Of a stretch of 64,000 nt of DNA, positions 54,845-64,000 are shown piece after piece. The notes beneath the pieces are model-generated. The model was not told the origin of the DNA. It made no database searches and saw only the letters and a program-made list of their open reading frames with translations. The DNA lies in the NCBI GenBank assembly GCA_964016885.1, contig OZ024742.1:44392001-44456000 (forward strand), written 5' to 3'. Both the position numbers and the translations under genes were made by a program. Source of the stretch: Eledone cirrhosa (taxonomy: Eukaryota). How positions within the stretch are numbered: the stretch's first letter is position 1; each line of letters starts with the position of its first letter.

Positions 54845-57800
54845 GTGGGTCGACTGCGGAAATTTGGAGAGTCTATGACAATGTCACAGATAAAGATAAA
54901 GATAAATTCATCTCCCGCCTCAAGACGAGAATACAAGGACCCCTCTTTATTTCAGACACGGATGACCAACAAAATTCCGTCTCCCACACCCCTCCCTGCT
55001 CCTCCAACCCATCCATACCACTCGCCCAACTTCAGAGTTGGTACCATGAACGTAGGCACATTGAAAGGTCGCTCAAATGAGGTTGTAGAGATGCTTGAAC
55101 GTAGAGAAGTTGATGTTTGTTGTATTCAAGAGACTAGGTGGAGAGGGGGGGGGGGGTCTGCTAGATTCATCCTGGGTAAAAAACGATGCTATAAACTTTT
55201 CTGGGTGGGAAATGACAACGGACAGGGTGGTGTAGGAATTATGCTAGCTGAAAAATGGGTAGAGAAAGTAATTGACGTAAATAGAGTGAATGACAGAATA
55301 ATTAAATTAAGACTAGTTCTAAATAGAACTACTGTGACAATAATATCCGCTTATGCACCCCAATCTGGTCTACCTGACGTTATAAAGGACAGGTTCTATG
55401 AGATGCTAATGCATACTACCTCCTAAATAACCGACAGCGACTACTTAATTATTGCTGGCGATCTAAACGGTCACGTTGGACAACATAGTGATGGCTATGA
55501 TGAAATCCATGGAGGCTATGGGGTTGGAAATAGAAATGAGGAAGGCTTCAGAATCCTGGAATTCTGTGACGCAAATAGCCTAACTATCTGTAACACAAAC
55601 TTCAAAAAACGTGAGAACCACTTGATCACCTATAGATCAGGGGAACACGCCAGCCAGATAGATTATATCCTTACTAGAAGACGAGACAAAGTGTCTGTTG
55701 TAAACACTAAATCCTTCCCCTGTGAAGAATGCACCTCCCAACATAGCCTAGTAGTTAGTGACCTCATAGTCAGAAATAGACGAACTCGACGACAGAGGAG
55801 GCCTTCCTTGAGGAGAAGAATATGGAATTTGAAGGACCCCATAGCCAGTGACAAATTTAAAAGCTTATTACTTGATGCCTTTGACAATAAGGAAAGCAAT
55901 TAGAGACGTGCGATATAGAGGAACAGTGGCAATTCATGAAAGTGAACCTGCTGAAAGCAACGGATGAAATCTGTGGCTGGAGCAGACCTATTGGCAGGAG
56001 GAGAGTAACTTGGTGCTGGGACAGTAGGGTAGAAGAGACAATCAAGGTCAAAAAGCAGGCTTGGAAAGTATGGCAGGATAGGGGAAGTAGAGAGCACTGT
56101 CAAGTGGCCAGGAGTGAAGCTAGGAGACAAGTGTATCTTGCAAAAAGAGAAGCAGAGGATAGAAAGTTCAAGCATGTTCTACAACGTGAGGACAAAAAAC
56201 GTGAGGTGTTCAGGATTGCTAGACAATGTGTCAAGGAAAACCGTGATATTGTGGGGGAGAAGTGTGTCCGTAATGATAATGGTGTACTTGCCCTCATTGA
56301 CGCTGATAAGAAGATAGCCTGGAAGTGTCACTACGAGAGACTATTAAATGAGGATAATAAATGGGAAAAAGATAGTCTGCCCCAAATCGATCCAATAGAA
56401 GGACCAGCAGTGCAAGTTAAAGGTAGTATAATAAGTAAGGCAATCAAAGATATGAAGACAGGCAAGGCAGCTGGGCCTTCGGAGATAGTTGCTGATCTGG
56501 TATGGCGGGACACACTATGTCACCCGTATAGTTAACCAAGTAATACAGAATGGGGTCATACCGAAAGACTGGCGTAGCAGCATCATCATTAACTGCTACA
56601 AGGGTAAAGGGGATGCTCTAGATAGGGGAAACTATAGAGGCATTAAGTTAGTTGACCAGGTCATGAAGGTCACAGAAAGAGTTATAGCGCAACTAATCAG
56701 AGAGCGAATTGATCTAGATGAAATGCAGTTTGGGTTTGTACCATAGACGCTCTTTTCCTTGTACGACAACTACAAGAGAAGTACCTAGCTAAAAGTAAAC
56801 CCCCTCTACTTAGCTTTTATAGACCTGGAGAAAGCCTTTCACAGAGTCCCCCGCTCCATTATCTGGTGGACTCTTAGAAAACTAGGTGTAGATGAATGGC
56901 TTGTGAGAGCTATACAAGCTATGTATAATGAAACAGTCAGTAAGGTTAGAATTAACAATGAATATTGTGAAGAATTTGGTGTAAAAGTTGGCGTTCATCA
57001 AGGCTCGGTCCTTAGCCCCCTCATATTTATTATTGCCCTTCAGGCTATAACAGAGGAGTTCAAGACCGGCTGCCCATGGTAACTCCTATACACAGATGAT
57101 CTAATGCTCATAGCTGAATCAATGGCTGAACTAGAGAAGAAATTCCAAACATGGAAACATGGCCTAGAATCAAAAGGCCTTAAAGTTAACTTGTCTAAGA
57201 CTAAAGTTCTAGTTTGTAGAAAGGAAAATAGGGCACAGGTGCCCTCAGGGAAATGGCCATGCTCAGTGTGTAGGAAAGGAGTAGGCAGAAATTCCATTTT
57301 ATGTCCCAAATGCAAAGTATGGGTACATAAAAGATGTAGTGCGATCACAGGTAAACTATCTAAGAACGTAGACTTTATATGTGGCCAATGCTCAGGTGCA
57401 ATAAGTAGCAGGTGACCACAAGATACTAGCTCCTTCTATTTCCAAGATGGTTCTATAGAAATAGTAGACACTTTCCGTTACCTGGGTGACGAAATCAGCA
57501 GTGGTGGAGGGTGTTCTGAAAGTACAGTAGCTAGAGTCAGAACGGGATGGAAAATGAAAGGCAGATTGTATGATGCCTGTATACGAACAGCAATGTTACA
57601 TGGCAGTGAGACATGGGCATTGCGTGCAGAGAACCTGCGCAGACTGGAAAGGAACGAAGCATGCATGTACCGAGATCTTTGGCGCTACACAGTAATACAG
57701 AAGACCCGCCTTGTCTATGTACAAAGCGAAACCTACAGTCAGTAGGCACCTGTTAACCAAATATACACCCCAATCAACTACTCCTACCCTATCCTCCCAC

Positions 57801-58124
57801 TCCAACTAACACCACCCTCTCGCTGTAAAGTTGTTACCACAACATCCAGTCCAAATAAATGAGATCGAGATCGTGTAGGTGTCACGACAAAAAAAAACAA
57901 CAAAAAACTACTCACAGTCCACGCTGTAATGTGGCCGTGTAGGTAACACGGTAAAATGTTCCCAGTTCCACACTGTAAATATAGTTGGTGTTAGGAAGGG
58001 CATCCAGCCTGCCAGATAGTCCTATACAAGCGAGACACGGTCACCCGACCAACTTTGCCTCAAGTGGCACAACTCCCATCTAACCCATGCTAGCGTGGAA
58101 GATGGACGTTAAACGATGATGATG

Positions 58125-58127
<3 letters not shown>
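54845..58127 (+). mobile_element. Near full-length but decayed RTE LINE (APE endonuclease, RT, PHD-like insert)
   Basis: APE motifs GTMNVGTL, CIQETRW, GVGI, SAYAPQ, GDLNGH and SQIDY, plus RT motifs. Multiple stops and frameshifts and a deletion near 57668; (GAT)n tail. Confidence 0.95.
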
Positions 58128-58166
<39 letters not shown>

Positions 58167-58169
<3 letters not shown>

Positions 58170-58199
58170 CGTTTCGGACGCTAGTCCCTCATCAGAAAG
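58167..58199 (-). ncRNA. Truncated minimal hammerhead motif
   Basis: CTGATGA-(G)GGAC-TAGC-GTCC-GAAA-CGCTA running into (TA)n. A related mutated copy lies at about 46995-47025. Confidence 0.5.
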
Positions 58200-58287
58200 A
58201 ATGAGAAAAAAAATAGATTAAGGGGATGGGCAGGATGGAATGGATAAAAATGTCTTTAGATAAAAATAATAGGTCCATTCATGTTGA

Positions 58288-58322
<35 letters not shown>

Positions 58323-58368
58323 ATATAAAACTCAGCTCCTACATATATATATACATATATATATATAC

Positions 58369-58403
<35 letters not shown>

Positions 58404-58407
58404 TGTG

Positions 58408-58519
<112 letters not shown>

Positions 58520-58559
58520 ATATTAATAAATGGAAACTATATTTATAAAACCATAATTA

Positions 58560-58621
58560 TTTTATTATATATATTTCAAGGGCAACCAAGGGAAATTTTG
58601 GTGCGCTTTCATCAGATAAAA
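58560..58621 (-). ncRNA. Minimal hammerhead in a solo pseudo-LTR fragment
   Basis: TTTTAT-CTGATGA-AAG..ACCAA/TTGGT..CTT-GAAA-TATATA-TA^ATAAAA. Confidence 0.75.
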
Positions 58622-59028
58622 TACAAATTTGTTCTATAAATATTGACATACCCGCATAAAGAGAACCTTAACGGTTGAGGTTCGGTGGATAGTCTATCCA
58701 GCGATATATATATATATATTAGAAATGTAAGCTGTCGCCGTATTTGGACTAAAGAAATTAAAGAAATTATTTAGCCTGATAGTGGGGTTAAGAAGCCTCG
58801 GAGAAATGGAAAAAGATGAGTATTGACGTACATGTACGTCAATACTCATCTTTTTCCATTTCTCCGAGGCTTCTATGTACGTCAATACTCATCTTTTTCC
58901 ATTTCTCCGAGGCTTCTTAACCCCACTATGAGGCTAAATAATTTCTTTAATTTCTTTAGTCAAAATACGGCGATAGCTTACATTTCTAATAATTTCAAAC
59001 CCACTCGCTGTTTCGAAAATATTCTTAC

Positions 59029-59065
<37 letters not shown>

Positions 59066-59119
59066 CGTTTCTGAATTTGTTTAGCAAGATTCTTTATCTG
59101 AAAACGTGTGTTAAAACCG

Positions 59120-59956
59120 ATATTGTTATACTTTGGGAGGGTCATGTTGCCAATAAGAAACACACGCACCACATGCTTTCACTCCAATTTATTATAAATT
59201 AAATTTATAAGTTTAAGAATTTATAAATTTCCGGTTGATTGATTGATTCCATAATCGGACGGTTTTTCATATATTGTCAAAGTTCTTTCGTCACACATTC
59301 TGTGACCTCTTCAGTGACTGGGGATTCTTTTATTTGTTTTGTGCCTCTCCTTTGTTCTGTCCTACGCCATCTTGTTTTTGTGTGTGTTGTGTGCTTAGTT
59401 GGCGCATGTGTTACATCCGGGTGTCTGTATGTGTTTTTATTTTATTATTATTTGTTTATTTATTTGTTTATTTACATGTTACTGGTTGGTTGTTTGTTCT
59501 ATGTGTGTGTGTGTTTTCATTTTGTCCTTAATTGTAAGTTGTGATGTTGCTATTCCATTCATGTTTTCTATTTAATTTTGGTTGGAGTTGAATTATGTTT
59601 ATTGCCTCTGTGATAAACAAATAATAATAAAATAAAAACACACACAGACACCCGGATGTAACACATGCGCAAAATAAGCACACAACACACACAAAAACAA
59701 GATGGCGTAGGACAGAACAAAGGAGAGGCACAAAACAAAGAAAAGAATCCCCAGCCACTGAAGAGGTCACATAATGTGTGACGAAAGAACTTTGACAATA
59801 TATGAACAACCGTCCGGTTATGGAACCAACCAACCAACCAACCGGAAATTCATAAATTCTTAAATTTATAAATTTAATTTATAATAAATTGGAGTGAAAG
59901 CAACTGGTGCGTGTGTTTCTTATTGGCAACATGACCCTCCCAAAGCATAACAATAT
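59120..59956. mobile_element. Head-to-head inverted pair of pseudo-LTR/retrozyme-like units, each with an HHR (59276-59318 on -, 59754-59796 on +)
   Basis: Arms about 59120-59459 and 59613-59956 are reverse complements; CTGAAGA-GTCAC/GTGAC-GAAA core in each. Confidence 0.8.
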
Positions 59957-60656
59957 ATATATATATATAGTAATAATAATAAATTTGAAGACTATAAAAG
60001 AAGTCGTAGACTAATGTTCTCTTAGGTGGTTCATAGAGACGTTCTCTGGCAATGAAAGGAAAAAACGAAGATAATACGTCTTATGTGGAGCGGGGAGAAC
60101 AATTGCACGCAAAGACAAAACAACGTAAATGGTATAACTGAAGTCGTAGACTAAAATTCTAACTAGGAAACCGAATGATTCTCTGCTTCAGAATTAAGAA
60201 TAAAGTAAATAAAATACAGAGGTAATTGAAATTAAATAAATACATACACGCATCCATATACGTACATACACAAGCATACGCAAAAACACTTGCCATAGGT
60301 ATACAAATACACACACATACAAAAAAAAACCAACAAAAAAAAAACCTGCATGCACATACAGAACCCACGCAACGCCTGTACCCGCACGCATACGAATGTA
60401 TACACCAAATACACATAAAAATATATATTAAAAAAATATATATATGTGTGTGTGCGTGTATACATATAATTAAATAAACATATATAATTAAATAAATACG
60501 TATATAACAAACACACACACATACCTACATGTAAATACACATATGTTCGGAGACGTACGTCAACCAAAACACAAAGTACACATATACACACACCCTACAT
60601 ACGTACGAACCTGCATACTCACATAGACGCAAAAAAAAAAAAAATATATATATATA

Positions 60657-61670
60657 TCATCATCATCATCATCAACGTTTAACGTCCGTGTTCCACGCTT
60701 GCATGGGTTTGGACGGGGGTAGTCCCACTTGAGGCAAGAGTGATTGTCTGGCAGGTTTTCTACAGTTGGATGCCCTTCCTAACACCAACCATATTTACAG
60801 TGTGGGTCTGGGAGGTTTTTACCGTGTTGCCTACACGGCCACATTACAGCGTGGACTGTGTGTTTTTTTGTCGTGACACCTACACGATCTCATTTGTTTC
60901 GGCCTGGATGGCGCGGCACCAACATAACTTTACATAGAACGGGGTGGTGTGGTTGGGGTGATGGTGGTGGGATGGGGTGTATTTTGTTAGAGATGCCTAC
61001 TGGCTGTAGTAGGTTTTACTATGTATTTAGGTAAGGCGGGTCTTCTCTGTTACTGAGTACCGCCAAAGGTCTCGGTCCAGTGACATTGTCTTGGAGAGGT
61101 GTAAGTGTGTGAGGTCGGAGTTTATCAGCTCGTCCCAGGTTTTTCTAGGTCTGCCTATTCCGTGGCTACTGTCTATCTTTATTGCCCTGCACTTTGTTAT
61201 ACAGCTATCGACTTTCATGCGCATCACGTGTCCATACCAACGTAGCCTTCTCTCGAGTAAACAACATCTGATCCCTCTTATTTCTAATTTTTTCCTTAGT
61301 TCGTTTATGCTTTGCCGTTCACGTATATTACTGTTACACATCCAGCGGAACATGCAAGCTTCGTTCCTCTCTAGTCTGCATATATCCTCTGCACACAATG
61401 CCCAGGTCTCACTGCCATGCAACATTGCTGTTCGTATGCAGGCATCGTACAACCTGCCTTTCATTTTTAGGGAGAACCCTTTAGCGGCTAATAGTGGTAT
61501 AAGCTCTCTGAACTTTTTCCAACCAGTTCTGACTCTAGCTACTGTACTTTCAGAGCACCCTCCCCACTGCTGATTTTATCGCCCAGGTAACGGAAGCTGT
61601 CCACTATTTCTATAGAACCCTCTGCGCAATTGAAAGAGCTAGTATTTAGTGGGCACTTGCTGCTACTTAT
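60657..61670 (-). mobile_element. 5'-truncated RTE LINE (C-terminus, 3' UTR, tail)
   Basis: ORF 61027-61464 is nearly identical to the C-terminus of 42836-43978. Confidence 0.95.
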
Positions 61671-61957
61671 ATATATATATATATGTAAACTGCTATTTCT
61701 AATAGCCATCTTTTCACCCCTTGATAATCTGTGTGTGAGACACGTTGGCTGAGAGTTTCTGACAGGAACTAAAAGATTGATTCTTTTTAGCTTCCTGTCC
61801 CCACGTAAAATTTGTAAATCAGTGGCTAGTTGAGAGATAGAGTCCTATCGGGTGCCAGTTGCTAATAGCTTTACCGTGTCAGTCGTCACAAACAGTCATG
61901 ACCGGCACGGGCTGGTGTCTGGATTATGTCGATCAATTGGTTATTGATTAGGCGATA

Positions 61958-62058
61958 CCCGCTGATGAAACAGCATAAGCATTGTTGCATAATATATGCA
62001 GACAAATGGTGCAGTGCACCTTACTGTTGCATTAGTGTTGCAGAAACTCGAGTCCGGG
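61958..62058 (+). ncRNA. Hammerhead motif with a canonical GUC site and a 74-nt stem II domain
   Basis: CCCG-CTGATGA (61962-68) ... GAAA (62043-46)-CTCGAG-TC^CGGG; stem III palindrome ACTCGAGT. Confidence 0.7.
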
Positions 62059-63153
62059 AACCTTACAGGCACCCGATTTACGTGTGTTGTGTTGAGGCAA
62101 ATAACTTTGTGTATACTCTGGTAATGTATCTTACATTGCCCATGGAGTGCGCTGAGATACAACCGGTACTGGCATTGATAAATATGCTGGGTCCGTCAAC
62201 CCTTATTATATATATATATATAGATATAATATATATAGCGATATATATATGAATGTATATATAGTGTAATTTGCAATACACTGTATGCTTAATTAACTAA
62301 AACAATAGCATAAGGTCTTCGAAATGGTTTTAATTAAGTATACAGTGTATTGTAAAATACACTGTATATACATTCATATATATATCGCTATTTCAGAGCA
62401 CCAATTCTAATTTTCAATTTCTGCTTGACCGGCAACCGCTCTGTATAATCAGTTCCTGATTTTTACTAGAATTCTATAAGAATCAGACATTCATGATTTT
62501 CAGCAAACAGGAGGAGTAGTTAGCTTTGATAAGCACCAAAAAGTGCGAAACAGAGCGCTGTCAGCTTTATTTCCACTGTTTGCTGAAAATTAAAGTAAGT
62601 GAGACTGTCACTACTCTAAAACAATAGCATAAGGTCTTCGAAATGCTTTTAATTAAGCATACAGTGTATTGCAAAATACACTATATATACATTCATTCAA
62701 AGAGCAAAGGAGCTCTTAAGAGTCAATGGCCATCCAAAATCACCGGGAAACATGACCCCTTAGCCTTTGTCAAGGCAGAATTCTAGGAGAAGGAAAACTC
62801 TGATATAACACTTGCAACTCTGATGGTATCCAATGATGTTGACTTGTTCTTCTTTTTGGTAAATATCATCTTGGTTAAGAGAGTGGGACTGGCTTTGTGC
62901 AGTGCCTTTGCTCACTATAAAAGCTTCACAGCACAGGCATTGCTTTATATCTGGAGATCTCTCTGCACTTGTCGTCACATGGTATCATGGGCCTAGCACT
63001 ATGTGTGTCAATAATTGTCACAAGTGTAGTGTTTATACCAGAGTTTTCAAGTCGCTGGCTGGACTAAAAAGTGAAACTCGTTCAGCAGATCGGTAGGGGT
63101 TCTCCTACATGGATATAAAGTAGTGGCCGTACTCGAAAACGAGTTGGCAGCCA

Positions 63154-63199
<46 letters not shown>

Positions 63200-63232
63200 T
63201 ACTATGTCAGGGTATGTCATGCATCATTTTAT

Positions 63233-63293
63233 TTTATCTGATGAGGACGTACTGTTGAACTTAACTCAGTACCTCTGAAATATGTATAATAAA
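63233..63293 (+). ncRNA. Minimal hammerhead in a solo pseudo-LTR fragment
   Basis: TTTAT-CTGATGA-..GTACTG/CAGTAC..-GAAA-TATGTA-TA^ATAAA. Confidence 0.75.
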
Positions 63294-63440
63294 CTATAAT
63301 TGATCACAAGAATATCTATTTTATATATCTATATCTCTGGAAAACATTTAACTGTTGAGTGCTTCCAATCTATTGTAAAACTCATTCTTTGATGTATTCA
63401 TTGAACCTCGTTTAACTTTTAAATATATATATATATATAT

Positions 63441-63562
63441 CATCATCATCATCATCATTATCGTTTAACGTCCATTTTCCACGCTAGCATGGGTCTGGAC
63501 GGGAATTGTCCCACTTGAGGCAAGATTGGTTGTCTTGCTCAGGACTGTCTGGCGGGTTTTCT
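63441..63562 (-). mobile_element. RTE extreme 3' end, inverted
   Basis: (CAT)n followed by cgtttaacgtcc...cacttgaggcaag. Confidence 0.8.
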
Positions 63563-63661
63563 AAAAGTTAAACAAGGTTCAATGAATACATCAAAGAATG
63601 AGTTTTACAATCTATTTAAAAGTTAAACAAGGTTCAATGTATTCATTGAACCTTGTTTAAC

Positions 63662-64000
63662 AAGTACCTAGCTAAAAGTAAACCCCTATACTTAGCCTTT
63701 GTTGACTTGGAGAAAGCCTTTGACAGAGTACCCCGCTCGATTATCTGGTGGGCTCTTAGAAAACTAGGTGTTGACGAATGGCTTGTGAGAGCTATACAAG
63801 CCATGTATAAAGAAACAGTCAGCAAAGTTAGAATTAACAACGAATATAGTGAAGAGTTCAGCGTAAAAGTTGGTGTTCATCAGGGCTCCGTCCTTAGCCC
63901 CCTACTATTTATTATAGCCCTTCAGGCTATAACAGAGGAGTTCAAGACCGGCTGCCCATGGGAACTCCTATATGCAGATGATCTAACGCTCATAGCTGAA
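63662..64000 (+). mobile_element. RTE LINE RT fragment continuing past the window
   Basis: [23 protein letters not shown]...HQGSVLSP...LLYADD, in an open frame. Confidence 0.95.

Overview
AT-rich eukaryotic DNA dominated by repeats. The mix of (TA)n/(CAT)n microsatellites, RTE LINEs with (GAT)n tails, tRNA-derived SINEs, TTAA-flanked MITEs and Penelope-like elements (PLEs) suggests an octopus/coleoid genome (inference). Host-gene signal is limited to two + strand exons, an EGF-like cysteine repeat (513-652) and a transmembrane exon (2497-2596), of a MEGF10/CED-1/RPTP-like receptor; the rest is intronic or intergenic and includes a 200-N gap. The main object is a young GIY-YIG PLE (16459-20935) with an intact 758-aa RT-endonuclease ORF. 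That ORF is entered from a 5'-truncated upstream ORF through an in-phase U UUU UUA GGG slippery site followed by a stem-loop, a candidate -1 programmed ribosomal frameshift; a homopolymer sequencing error is the main alternative explanation. The window also holds about 13 recognisable minimal hammerhead-ribozyme (HHR) motifs from several PLE pseudo-LTR or retrozyme-like families, one with a U3-A8 core covariation and two with very long stem II inserts. They often sit in head-to-head inverted pairs, and several inversion breakpoints fall at the ribozyme itself. Most long ORFs in the supplied track are microsatellite artefacts. All coordinates and structures were read by eye.
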